A DNA stretch of 64,000 nucleotides, taken from IMG/VR virus record IMGVR_UViG_3300044977_000094, positions 1 to 64,000 of that record; one strand, 5' to 3'. Below are positions 26,759 to 35,382 of this stretch, piece after piece (the first letter of the stretch is position 1; the number at the start of each line of letters is the position of its first letter). The notes below the pieces were generated by a model. The model was not told the origin of the DNA. It saw only the letters and a list, made by a program, of their open reading frames with translations, and made no database searches. Source of the DNA: a virus. Both the position numbers and the translations under genes were made by a program.

Positions 26759-26988
26759 TCGGCACCGCCGATCACGTCGACGTGCGTCAGGCTGATGCCG
26801 CCCGCGTAGCCCTCGACCGAGACCACCACGGCCCCATGGCCGAGCGTCCACGCCTCGGTGCGCGTCACCGTCACCAGCGCCCGGCCGAGACGACTGTCCG
26901 GGTAAGCGACCACCCGCGTGCCGACGGGGTACAGCGCGTTGAACTCCTTGGCCGTCACCGGCCGCCCATCACCGGTAGCAATAGTCAC
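26755..26988 (-). CDS. Hypothetical phage protein
   Basis: FNALYPVGT.V..TRTEAW.LG..VV.VEG. Confidence 0.6.
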   Translation of the reverse strand: MTIATGDGRPVTAKEFNALYPVGTRVVAYPDSRLGRALVTVTRTEAWTLGHGAVVVSVEGYAGGISLTHVDVIGGAE

Positions 26989-27198
26989 GGCGGTCCTTCC
27001 TCTCCTGCGCCCACAGCTCGACCGCAGCCACGCAGTCCAGGCACAGCCACATCTCGGACGGCTCGTGGAACTCGGTTTCGCACTCGTCGAAGACCTCCCG
27101 GCACTCGTCGCACTCGCGACGGAGGCAGGCGGCGTGCCGGGTCTGGACAGCGACGGCGTCGGCGCTCGGGGCCGGTGGGGCGAGCAGCAGGTCGGCGG

Positions 27199-27639
27199 TC
27201 ACGACGCGACCGCCATCTGAGCCTCAACCGCCAGCCGCACCAGGCACGCCGACACCTCCAGGGCAGTCCGCGACGACACGTCGGTGAAGTCCGCCAAGTG
27301 CTCGATGTAGTCCGGGCGGCCGTCCGTCCACGGGGCCAGACCCCGCATGTGCAGCGACGCGAACTCCAGCGCCGCAGCCACCACCGGCACGTCCGGCACA
27401 TCCTCCGGCCGCTCGGGGTCCTCGCCGCACGCGATCCGAATCGCCCCGACCATGTCCACCGGCCGGAACTGCGGGTCACTCGCATGCAGGACACCGTGCG
27501 CGTCCGGGACCGCCGGCGGCGCCACGAACTGGCCCTTCGCCAGGCCGTTCCGCTCGATCACATCCGCGGCGACACGGAAGACCGTCGCCAGGTCGATGGT
27601 GGTTCTCGGTTCAGGTGCCAAGATGGTCACGTCGACCAC
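27199..27639 (-). CDS. DUF6197-like protein
   Basis: AADVIERNGL.KG..D.VGAIRIA. Confidence 0.55.
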   Translation of the reverse strand: MVDVTILAPEPRTTIDLATVFRVAADVIERNGLAKGQFVAPPAVPDAHGVLHASDPQFRPVDMVGAIRIACGEDPERPEDVPDVPVVAAALEFASLHMRGLAPWTDGRPDYIEHLADFTDVSSRTALEVSACLVRLAVEAQMAVAS

Positions 27640-27720
27640 CCTTCTCTTGAGATGAATTGGTGCGGGTGGGAGGCAGGCCGTCGGTTCGGGGGTGCGACCC
27701 CGGGCTGGCGGCCGTTGTTT

Positions 27721-27966
27721 TCAGGCCGCGACGCGCTTTGCCTTGACCTCGCACCGCTCGCTGTACTCGCGGATGTGGCGCGGCAGGAACTTGTACGAGC
27801 CGGCGATGACCGTGTAGCCGATCTCGTTGCGCTTGACGAGGCCGAACAGGTAGTTCGGGGAGACGCCCAGCAGCTTGGCGGTCTGTGCGCGGCTGAAGTG
27901 TTGGAGCTCGGCGGCGCTCTCCGCGTCCGGGCCCGGGGGGCTCTTCTTCGTGCGAGGCGCGGTCAC
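27721..27966 (-). CDS. Excisionase-like HTH protein
   Basis: FSRAQTAKLLGVS..YLFGLVK..I..G.YKF; immediately after cro. Confidence 0.75.
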   Translation of the reverse strand: MTAPRTKKSPPGPDAESAAELQHFSRAQTAKLLGVSPNYLFGLVKRNEIGYTVIAGSYKFLPRHIREYSERCEVKAKRVAA

Positions 27967-28169
27967 GACTGTTCCTCTCGATTGATGGCGGCGACGGGCA
28001 CATCCATGGCCCTGGCTATGGCGCGGAGCTGGTCTTCCGTCGCCCCGCGCTCTCCGCGTTCGAGGCGGGAGAGGAAGCTCCGGTCTAGTCCGGTGCGCTG
28101 TTCTACCACGCGAATGCCTAGTTTCAGTGCCGTTCGCAGGGCCCTGATGGCCGTTCCGTTCGGTGTCAC
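27963..28169 (-). CDS. Cro-like HTH regulator
   Basis: IRALR..TGLDRSFLSRLERG; divergent from repressor. Confidence 0.85.
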   Translation of the reverse strand: MTPNGTAIRALRTALKLGIRVVEQRTGLDRSFLSRLERGERGATEDQLRAIARAMDVPVAAINREEQS

Positions 28170-28175
28170 AGAGCA

Positions 28176-28204
28176 AATGTAGGCTCACGCGATGCCGCGC
28201 GCAA
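28176..28204 (-). promoter_or_regulatory. Early (cro) promoter, leaderless
   Basis: TTGCGC-N17-TACATT, GTG start 6 nt downstream. Confidence 0.65.
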
Positions 28205-28394
28205 GGCTTCTCGCGACATGGGTGCACTGTTTCAGTGCATCTGATGCATACCGCATGGTCATGACATACGTGTAGGTGCTCCCAATGACCCCTGTTCTGC
28301 CACCACGGGGCCCTCTAAGAGAGCATTAGGGGCTGGTCAAAAGGCTCAAAGGGGCTCTTCTTGGTTGCGCTGTCATGAGGCATGATGTGGAGCC

Positions 28395-28898
28395 ATGGAA
28401 CAAGACTGGGGACGTCTGGGTGCGGCGCTGTCCGCCGCCCGGAAGAGCCTGGGCGTCACGCAGGTCGCGATGGCCGAGAAGATCGGCATCACGCGCGGAC
28501 CCCTCCAGGCCATCGAGCGCGGCGAATCCAAGCGCCTCACAAACACGATCGCCGCATACGCCCGGGCGGTCGGCTGGGCCGACGGGTCCGCCGAAGCAGT
28601 ACTCGCCGGCGGTGACCCCGCGCGAGAGCCGGAGGCATTGCCCGCCAGTCCGACCGAAAACGCCGCACCCGCGTACGCCAAAGGAATGCCCCAGCGCGTT
28701 GTCATGGAACTGACCGACGGCGCCGTGCTCGATACAGACGTAATTGACCTGACCTCATCAGGCTCAAGCACCCCGCTGGTACTCGTCGCCAAGGCCCTCC
28801 CTGACGATGCCTCCGACCAGGACAAGCGCGAGATTCTACTGCGCTGGGCCCGCATTCAGAGGCGGGTCCGGGAAATCGTCAACGAGGAACTTCAGTGA
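28395..28898 (+). CDS. Immunity repressor (XRE HTH)
   Basis: ARKSLGVTQVAMAEKIGITRGPLQAIERG; between cro and integrase. Confidence 0.8.
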   Translation: MEQDWGRLGAALSAARKSLGVTQVAMAEKIGITRGPLQAIERGESKRLTNTIAAYARAVGWADGSAEAVLAGGDPAREPEALPASPTENAAPAYAKGMPQRVVMELTDGAVLDTDVIDLTSSGSSTPLVLVAKALPDDASDQDKREILLRWARIQRRVREIVNEELQ

Positions 28899-29026
28899 CT
28901 GACTGCCTCGATCGCCGCTTGCTAACCTTTGCTTGAACCCTCTACACAACCTGCACACGGGTGTGGTTCTATCTTCTCCTACCTGCGAGGGTGGCAGCTC
29001 TGCCAGGTAAGGGGGTGTGTGCGTTG

Positions 29027-29245
29027 ATGCGCGCACACGTGGAGGTCGTCCCGTCACTTCCCTGTGGCGGCGAGGTTCTGCACGACGAGGAGAGTGGTCT
29101 CGGGTTGGTCGTCTGGGTGACCGACAGTCACATCACAGCACCACAAGCCGCTGTACTCGAAGACGAGATCAACCGCAAGGCACAGGATCGTGGGCGCCAG
29201 TTGACGGTTGCTGAGGTACTTGAGCTCCTGCCGTTCGTGGCCTGA
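29027..29245 (+). CDS. Small hypothetical protein of the lysogeny operon
   Basis: Co-oriented ORF between repressor and integrase. Confidence 0.5.
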   Translation: MRAHVEVVPSLPCGGEVLHDEESGLGLVVWVTDSHITAPQAAVLEDEINRKAQDRGRQLTVAEVLELLPFVA

Positions 29246-29259
29246 CCTAGAACCGCCCG

Positions 29260-29285
29260 GGGCGCGGCGCGGCCGCGCCGCGCCC
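29260..29285. repeat. Perfect 26-bp GC palindrome upstream of the integrase
   Basis: GGGCGCGGCGCGG-CCGCGCCGCGCCC. Confidence 0.8.
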
Positions 29286-29311
29286 ACCCGGGGCGTCCAA
29301 AGGAGAGACCG

Positions 29312-30550
29312 TTGGCGTCAGCCCACAAGCGCGACAACTACTGGCGCGGCAAGTACAAGAACGACAAGGGCGTCTGGGACTGGGTCAGCCGGAACGAGGC
29401 CGGCGAGCGCTTCCGCACCAAGACGGCAGCCAAGGCGTACGCCACGAGCCTCGAAGAGAAAGCCAAGAACGGCCACTTCGTCAACCCCAAGAAGGGGCGC
29501 ACGACGTTCGCCGAATGGACAGAGACGTGGCTCGACGCCCTGGACGTAGACGAGGGAAGCGAGCGCAGCTACCGCAGCCGCCTGAACTCCGTGATCACTC
29601 CGGAGTGGGGCAACGTCGAACTCGCCCAGATCACCAACGTCGCCTACAGGGCCTGGGAGAAGAGACTCAACCAGACCTACAAACCCAACACCGTCTCGGG
29701 CTTGGTCAGCCTCTTCCGTACCATCCTCGATGATGCCGTTGTATCCAAGCTGCTCGCCGAGAACCCCGTCCCCACGCGCAAAGCCGCACGACGCGGCCGC
29801 TTCCGCGGGAACCAGAAGCAAGAGGACAAGGTCATTGCCACGCCACGGCAGGCCCTGCTGGTAGCCCAGAACGCCCTCCAGTTGCGCGGGCTCAGCTTCT
29901 ATGTCCAGGTGCTCACGCACGCCTACGCCGGCATGCGGATCGGAGAGGTGGCCGGCCTCCGGCGCGGGGACCTGATCCTCGACGACGCGCCCCAGGGCAA
30001 CAGGATCCTGCTCAGGACGCAGAGCCAGTACCGGGGAGGCAGGCCCACTCTTCTGGCCCCCAAGTACATGAGCACCCGGGATCTGATCCTGCCGCCGTTC
30101 CTGACCGTCCTGTTTCGCCAGCTCCTCGCCTCACACGGCCAGGATCTCGTCTTCACCGCGCCGAAGGGCGGCAGAGTCCTTACAGGGGGCGAGTTCTACA
30201 GCGAGTCCTGGGATCCGATCGTCAACGGAACTCCCCCGCGCCCCAGCAGTCGCGGTCATGCCGCACGCGCCGGCCTGCGACCGGTGATCGGCGTCGAGAA
30301 CATGGTGCCGCACGGGCTCCGCCACTCGATGAAGGTGTGGCTGGACGAGCTCGGGATGCCGCGGATCGTGGTGGAGGAGCGGATGGGTCACGTTATCCAG
30401 GGCAGCGAGGGGGCGTACTCGCACACTACGCTGAAGATGGAGTTGGCCCTCGCGGACGCACTTCAGCGATTGTGGGAAGAGGCTCACGAGGAGGTCGGCG
30501 GAGACTGGGAGTATGGGCCCATCCCAGAGCCGGATGTCCCCGCAGTGTGA
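29312..30550 (+). CDS. int: Tyrosine integrase
   Basis: Catalytic R (GMRIGE), K (APK), HGLRH, MGH, Y (GAYSH); TTG start with AAGGAG RBS. Confidence 0.95.
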   Translation: MASAHKRDNYWRGKYKNDKGVWDWVSRNEAGERFRTKTAAKAYATSLEEKAKNGHFVNPKKGRTTFAEWTETWLDALDVDEGSERSYRSRLNSVITPEWGNVELAQITNVAYRAWEKRLNQTYKPNTVSGLVSLFRTILDDAVVSKLLAENPVPTRKAARRGRFRGNQKQEDKVIATPRQALLVAQNALQLRGLSFYVQVLTHAYAGMRIGEVAGLRRGDLILDDAPQGNRILLRTQSQYRGGRPTLLAPKYMSTRDLILPPFLTVLFRQLLASHGQDLVFTAPKGGRVLTGGEFYSESWDPIVNGTPPRPSSRGHAARAGLRPVIGVENMVPHGLRHSMKVWLDELGMPRIVVEERMGHVIQGSEGAYSHTTLKMELALADALQRLWEEAHEEVGGDWEYGPIPEPDVPAV

Positions 30551-30881
30551 CCTGTCTTCTTGATTGTCCCTCACATGTCCCAGTTGATCTTCGTTTGAGC
30601 GCATCTGCCGTCGGCCGCCCGGGTGAAAGTCTGGAGCCCCCAGGGTCTGGACCTGCGGGTTTGGCCTTGGGGGGAGTTGCCCCTGGAGCGCTCTGGCGCC
30701 TTGCTAGGGTGAGAAGCCACGTACATCATGCAGATCTTCGAAGGCACCAACCAGATCCAGCGCATGGTGATTTCGCGTGGCCTAAGCCGCAGGTGAGGCG
30801 GGTACCCGAAGCATTTTTCGTACCGCCGGGGACATGTTTCGTACCACTGCGTGAACCATGATCATGTCCCCTCCATGTCCC
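30534..30881. other. attP with arm-type repeats and a core carrying an acyl-CoA dehydrogenase 3' end
   Basis: CATGTCCC-like repeats at 30563/30574 and 30863/30874, inverted at 30829; core reads IMQIFEGTNQIQRMVISR. Confidence 0.8.
30725..30796 (+). pseudogene. 3' fragment of a host acyl-CoA dehydrogenase gene (replacement C-terminus)
   Basis: IMQIFEGTNQIQRMVISRGLSRR* matches the ACAD C-terminal I(Y/F)EGTNQIQR motif. Confidence 0.8.
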
Positions 30882-30923
30882 GCAATCCGCACCTCGTCAC
30901 TGGTTGCTCCTGCGCGATAACAG

Positions 30924-30957
30924 TCAGCCCCCCTCTGGCGTCCCAAAGGGGGGCTGA
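30924..30957. terminator. Hairpin terminator downstream of attP
   Basis: TCAGCCCCCC..GGGGGGCTGA stem. Confidence 0.55.
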
Positions 30958-31343
30958 TGCGTGTCAGGCCCCCTGCGAAGGTGGCATACCGGAAAGCCCG
31001 ACACGATCAAGGCCGCCACCGCAGGGGGGTGGCGGGGCTACCCGGCCGCCACGGGTGAGGGTTAAGACGGCGTCAAATTTTGGCATATGCCAAGGGCGGG
31101 AACATGGGGCCGCCATCCCCTGGGGTGGGGTGCGCGGCGGTCTGGAGGTGCCGGGTTGCGCGGCATGGAGGCGAGGAGGTCAGCGGCCGTGAACTGCGGT
31201 TAACCCGGTCATGCGTTCGAACCTATCGGTGGCGGAGACATCTATCAAGGCAGTGATCACAGCGGACCCCTTCCACTCTCGCGCGCACATTTGTACCACC
31301 GGGTGGTACGGACATTTGATCTTGTAGGTTCGAGCGTTATGCC

Positions 31344-31637
31344 ATGTCAGCCGCCGACCCCGCCGACCCCTGGGTCATACGCACCCGCGAGCAGATCGGC
31401 GACAGGATCCGAAGCTTCCGCCGCAGCTCCCGCATCACCCAAGACGAACTCTGCGAAGCCGTCGGCGTCGACCGCAAAACCATCTCGCGCTGGGAGAACG
31501 GCCACCATCCGATGAACGTGGACGACGCCGCCCGCATCGCCCGGGCCCTCGCCGTACCACTCGCATGGCTCTTCGGCGACGACTGGGCGCAACCCAGTAT
31601 CGATGCCACTCCACCTGCCCCACCTGATGCCCCGTAA
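31344..31637 (+). CDS. XRE HTH regulator
   Basis: ITQDELCEAVGVDRKTISRWENG; upstream palindrome GTACCACC-G-GGTGGTAC (31293-31309). Confidence 0.85.
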   Translation: MSAADPADPWVIRTREQIGDRIRSFRRSSRITQDELCEAVGVDRKTISRWENGHHPMNVDDAARIARALAVPLAWLFGDDWAQPSIDATPPAPPDAP

Positions 31638-31708
31638 CCACTGTGGCCCTGGCGGGTCGCCGCCCTGGCGCACATTGAGGGCGCGCACGCGCCCCCCGCG
31701 CGCCCCTC

Positions 31709-32131
31709 TCAACTCTCCGGCCGGCTCGCGTGGTGGGTGACTCCGGTCGTTTCGCCCTGCACGTCCTGGTACGACACGGTGAGCGTCGCCTGATACTGCC
31801 ACGGACCATCTACGGGCCCGAGTGGGACGCGGGCCCAGGCGACATTGTGGATCTCGGCGCGAGGCGAGCGCATGACGAACTCCGCGACCGCCTGCACCGC
31901 CTCCAGCTGGTCCCGGCCGACGCAGACGATCGTGGTCTGGAGGAGGGCGGTGATGTCGTGCTCGCCGCCGGGGATCCGGGCGATAGCCCGCGACGCCAAC
32001 TGGAGGTCGCCCGCGGCCTCGGTGAACGCCGGCGGGAGTACCGGTGCGGTCTCGGCCGCGAGGTGCACGACGGCGCTGGAGGACGAGGACTTGGTCATGG
32101 TGACTCCGGTGTACTCGAGGTGGTAGGTCAT
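31709..32131 (-). CDS. Hypothetical protein
   Basis: Coupled to the upstream ORF. Confidence 0.55.
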   Translation of the reverse strand: MTYHLEYTGVTMTKSSSSSAVVHLAAETAPVLPPAFTEAAGDLQLASRAIARIPGGEHDITALLQTTIVCVGRDQLEAVQAVAEFVMRSPRAEIHNVAWARVPLGPVDGPWQYQATLTVSYQDVQGETTGVTHHASRPES

Positions 32132-32622
32132 CGGGCGCCCTCGTGGCGGTATCCGAGGGGCCGGTCAAGGGTTAACTGGTAGCAGGCGTCGTGGGTGACA
32201 TCGACTATCCCGGCGCTCGGATCGCGCGAGTCCAGGGCGGTCGGGACACCGGTGACGGGGACTCCGCAGACGCAGACCGGGGCCTGGGCGAGGGCCCTGG
32301 TGAGCCATACGGCGGCGGTGAGCTGGTCGGGCCGGTGGAGCCAGCGGGCGCCGCGGGGGCCGGGGGAGTCCTCGGGTAGGACGATCCACGTGCCGGTGGA
32401 CAGCAGGCGGCACGGCTCCGGCCAGTCCGCCGGGCGGGTGCCGGTGGGGATGAGCCAGTAGGTGGCCTCCGATAGCTCGGACAGGACGACCGGGCCCAGG
32501 CGCGGGAGCCAGTCGGGGTTGCCGGTCAGGCGCTTGCACAGGGCCACGCCGAAAGCTTGGGGGATCCTGACGGCATCCCAGTTCTGCCCGGCGGGCGTCG
32601 TTGTGACGTCCCAGATGCTCAC
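32128..32622 (-). CDS. Streptomyces-type hypothetical protein containing a TTA codon
   Basis: PAGQNWDAVRIP..GPVV..YWLIP; TTA at 32175-32173. Confidence 0.65.
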   Translation of the reverse strand: MSIWDVTTTPAGQNWDAVRIPQAFGVALCKRLTGNPDWLPRLGPVVLSELSEATYWLIPTGTRPADWPEPCRLLSTGTWIVLPEDSPGPRGARWLHRPDQLTAAVWLTRALAQAPVCVCGVPVTGVPTALDSRDPSAGIVDVTHDACYQLTLDRPLGYRHEGAR

Positions 32623-32804
32623 GACCCGCCCCCCGTGCGATGCTCGGGGCAGGCGACGACCGCCCAGGGCAGGAACTCGCCCGGGTGATTCTCGGTGCGG
32701 ACGTAGCCGGCACGCACCAGCTCGCCGTCCGAGCGGCCGCAGTGGATGCAGGCGCGGGAGTGGAGCTGGTCGTTCGTGTAGGGCGTTAAGGCGTTTTCGG
32801 GCAT
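32619..32804 (-). CDS. Small Cys protein containing a TTA codon
   Basis: ACIHCG..ACPEH; TTA as codon 6. Confidence 0.6.
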   Translation of the reverse strand: MPENALTPYTNDQLHSRACIHCGRSDGELVRAGYVRTENHPGEFLPWAVVACPEHRTGGGS

Positions 32805-33002
32805 GGGGCACTCCCCGGGCACGACGATATGATCACTCGCCGTGGCTGATTCCCGCACTGACGGTGAGCGTGGGACTAAGGTCCCGCAGGCTCATGGGAT
32901 TGCGCAAGAACCCAAGACCGGAAATTTTCGGTTTCGGGAGTAGCGCCACCCGGAAGAGTGCAGCATGCTTCTGCCAGAACCCCTCACCCAGAGGAGATAC
33001 CG

Positions 33003-33866
33003 ATGGCCGGCTACAACGGCGTTCCCACCATCCGCAAGCGGCTCATCGGAAGCCAGCTGCGGCGCCTGCGCGAAGAACGCGAGCTCAGCGTCGAATCCGT
33101 CGCCGAGCAACTGGCCATCGGCCCCTCATCCCTGCGCCGCCAGGAATACGGGCAGACCGCAGTCAGCGTCGCCGACGTCATCGCCTACGCCAGGATCTAC
33201 AAGCTGGACGAGGACGGCCCGGTCGTCCAGCGGCTCCTGGACCTCGCCAAGCACGGCCGCACGCGCGGCTGGTGGACCGCCTACGACACCACGGTCGGGC
33301 CGTCCGCAGCCGACATCGCAGACGCCGAAGACCTCGCCACCAGCATCAAGACGTGGCAACCCAACATCATCCCCGGGCTGCTCCAGACCCGCGAATACAG
33401 CGCCACCATCATCGGGACCAGGCAAGTCCTCAAGCCGGGCCCCGTCGACCAGGTCATCGAACTGCGCGAGCGCCGCAAGGAAGTACTGGCCCGGACCCCC
33501 AACCCGCCGCAGCTGTGGGCGATCATCGGCGAGGGCGCGATCCTCGCCGAGATCGGCGGCCGCGCCCTGATGAACGAGCAGCTCCAGCACCTCCTCAACC
33601 AGTCGCAGCGCCCGCACGTCGCCATCCAGATAATGCCGTTCAAAGCCGGAGCCCACCTGGGCCTCGACGGCGGCTTCATGGTCATGGGCTTCGACGCGAC
33701 GCTGGACGGCGGCATCGCCTACATGGAGAACGGCGGCAGCGGAGTCTTCAGCGACGACCCCGCCGAGGTCCGGTCCCACGCCGACCGATTCAGTCACATG
33801 CAGGCGCAGGCTCTCACAACTGCGGACACACGGACATACTTGCTGTCAGCCATCTCCGCAAAGTGA
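33003..33866 (+). CDS. XRE HTH plus DUF5753 regulator (WhiJ/Scr1-like)
   Basis: GSQLRRLRE..GWW..IPGLLQTREY..IQIMPF..GAH.GLDGGF. Confidence 0.9.
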   Translation: MAGYNGVPTIRKRLIGSQLRRLREERELSVESVAEQLAIGPSSLRRQEYGQTAVSVADVIAYARIYKLDEDGPVVQRLLDLAKHGRTRGWWTAYDTTVGPSAADIADAEDLATSIKTWQPNIIPGLLQTREYSATIIGTRQVLKPGPVDQVIELRERRKEVLARTPNPPQLWAIIGEGAILAEIGGRALMNEQLQHLLNQSQRPHVAIQIMPFKAGAHLGLDGGFMVMGFDATLDGGIAYMENGGSGVFSDDPAEVRSHADRFSHMQAQALTTADTRTYLLSAISAK

Positions 33867-33894
33867 GTTGGCTCGGCACACAGAAAGGCAACTC

Positions 33895-34107
33895 ATGGCA
33901 CCACTTCTCGACCAGGGGGCCTCTGGCTGGCGCAAGTCAACCGCCAGCGGAAGCCAGAACGAGTGCGTCGAGGTTGGCGAGCTCCCGGCCGGCGACATCG
34001 CGGTCCGCGACACCAAGGCGGACGGCTCCGGCCCGGTGCTCGGCTTCACGGCTGACGCATGGTCGGCATTCATCACCGATGTGAAGGGCGGCCGCTTCGC
34101 GGTCTGA
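33895..34107 (+). CDS. DUF397 protein (BldB/Scr2-like)
   Basis: WRKSTASG..ECVEV..AVRDTK..GPVL.F...W.AF. Confidence 0.92.
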   Translation: MAPLLDQGASGWRKSTASGSQNECVEVGELPAGDIAVRDTKADGSGPVLGFTADAWSAFITDVKGGRFAV

Positions 34108-34253
34108 GGTGTCACCTGTAGGTCCGTGGTCCCCGGCGCGTGAATCGCCGGGGGCCACGTTTGTGCCTGGGGTCCACGCTAACCGCTGTGGCCGACAGGG
34201 GCGCAACGACCGGCGCGTCGTGGTGCTGCCACTGCGCCTGCGACACTGATCCA

Positions 34254-34469
34254 GTGACCCCAGCCCCCGCCCCGGACCCGCAGTGTGCGATAGACCGCGC
34301 CAACGGGGCGATCAGGGCGTACCTGCGGGGCCTGCCGGGGCGGTCGCCGGTCACGGTCGAGCAGCGGGCCGAGTACCACCGGCTCGTCGACGTCTACATG
34401 GCCGCCGTCGCCGAGCGGGACGGGCGGGCGCGCGAGGGTGAGGACGAGCCCGAGCCCGTCGCGGCGTGA
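34254..34469 (+). CDS. Small hypothetical protein
   Basis: NGAIRAYL..RAEYHRLV.VY helical ORF. Confidence 0.5.
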   Translation: MTPAPAPDPQCAIDRANGAIRAYLRGLPGRSPVTVEQRAEYHRLVDVYMAAVAERDGRAREGEDEPEPVAA

Positions 34470-34494
34470 CACCAGAGCGCGCCTCTCGCACACC

Positions 34495-34516
34495 TGTCGG
34501 ACCGGTGCCCTATGCT
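34495..34516 (+). promoter_or_regulatory. PafBC/RecA-NDp-like promoter
   Basis: TGTCGG-N10-TATGCT. Confidence 0.55.
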
Positions 34517-34594
34517 CGCCCGCGTGCCCGATGAAGTGGCAGGCGCTACGGAAAGCCGCCGGGGCACCAGAGGACCGGCCCAAGCCGGAATGAC

Positions 34595-34633
34595 AAAAAG
34601 CCCCCGCCGCCTGCCGAAGCAGACGACGGGGGC
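34595..34633 (-). terminator. Intrinsic terminator of the late operon
   Basis: GCCCCCGTCGTCTGC-TTCG-GCAGGCGGCGGGGGC followed by TTTTT on the minus strand, after the endolysin. Confidence 0.8.
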
Positions 34634-34650
34634 AACAAGCCGTGGCGGCC

Positions 34651-35373
34651 CTACGCGGGAGGCGCGAGCTTGGCGACGGCCGCCTGAAGCGCGGTCACCT
34701 GCTCCGACAACGACTTCACCGCAGCGTTGGCCTCAGCCACAGCCGAGGCCAGGGCGCCGTAGTGCTCATCCATGAACGCCATCACCTGGAGGAACGTCCG
34801 CGTCGCCGACTGGGCGTCGCCCACCTCCGTCACCTTCGTGCCCATCAGGGTCTCGACGAACAGCTGTGCATCAGCAAGAGTCACGGCATCCTCCGGGGGA
34901 GTCGGCGGGGTCGGGGGAACGGGGTCGACACCGGGCCAGTAGTCGGCCACGACGGAGGTGTCGTAGGCGTCCGTCGATGCGTACTGGTGGGCAATCGCGC
35001 CCGTTGGGATCGTCGGGCTGTTGTCGTACGCGGCGATCCAGTACTGCGGCTCCGACACCCCAGCCGCCTGGAACGCAGCCCGAACCGCAGGCCAGTTCGC
35101 CGCATCGCAGTACACCGTCAGCAGCGAGTTCGGGACGTCCTTCATCGTCTGCGTACACCAGGTCACCGCCTGCTCGGGCGTGGCGTCGCCCGACTCGACG
35201 TCGAGCACCTGGGCCCGATCCGACCACGCGACCGCGATCGAGACCTCGATGGCGTTCGGGAACTCCGACCGGATCGCAGCCAGGTTGGCGTAGATCCCGT
35301 CCACGTAGCCGGCCACCATCACGGCCGACCGCGGCAGCGCCGACGGCGTCACCGCATCGAACATCGTGCGCAT
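34651..35373 (-). CDS. Endolysin (GH25-like muramidase)
   Basis: VLDVESGDA (DxE), TVYC, YWIAAY, AHQY; follows the holin. Confidence 0.75.
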   Translation of the reverse strand: MRTMFDAVTPSALPRSAVMVAGYVDGIYANLAAIRSEFPNAIEVSIAVAWSDRAQVLDVESGDATPEQAVTWCTQTMKDVPNSLLTVYCDAANWPAVRAAFQAAGVSEPQYWIAAYDNSPTIPTGAIAHQYASTDAYDTSVVADYWPGVDPVPPTPPTPPEDAVTLADAQLFVETLMGTKVTEVGDAQSATRTFLQVMAFMDEHYGALASAVAEANAAVKSLSEQVTALQAAVAKLAPPA

Positions 35374-35382
35374 GGCGCCCCC

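Noticed and set aside
13740-27715. GC hairpins between early genes (about 13742, 14385, 18993, 20505, 24473, 27677) as a repeat family
   Set aside because: No shared primary sequence; they look like ordinary intergenic stem-loops
30725-30796. Prophage boundary (attR) with host DNA beyond it
   Set aside because: Phage genes and arm-type repeats lie on both sides, which fits attP
30962-31050. Riboswitch or third PafBC promoter; shares GAAG.TGGCA..CGGAAAGCC with about 34533
   Set aside because: TGTCAG is not followed by TAnnnT at the right spacing, and the similarity is too short to support a shared RNA family
31205-31335. SOS boxes near the GTTCGA half-sites upstream of the 31344 HTH gene
   Set aside because: Only half-sites, with no matching TCGAAC at the required spacing
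33003-34107. Classical toxin-antitoxin defence system
   Set aside because: XRE-DUF397 pairs were predicted as TA systems, but characterised Streptomyces members behave as regulators, and nothing here shows toxicity
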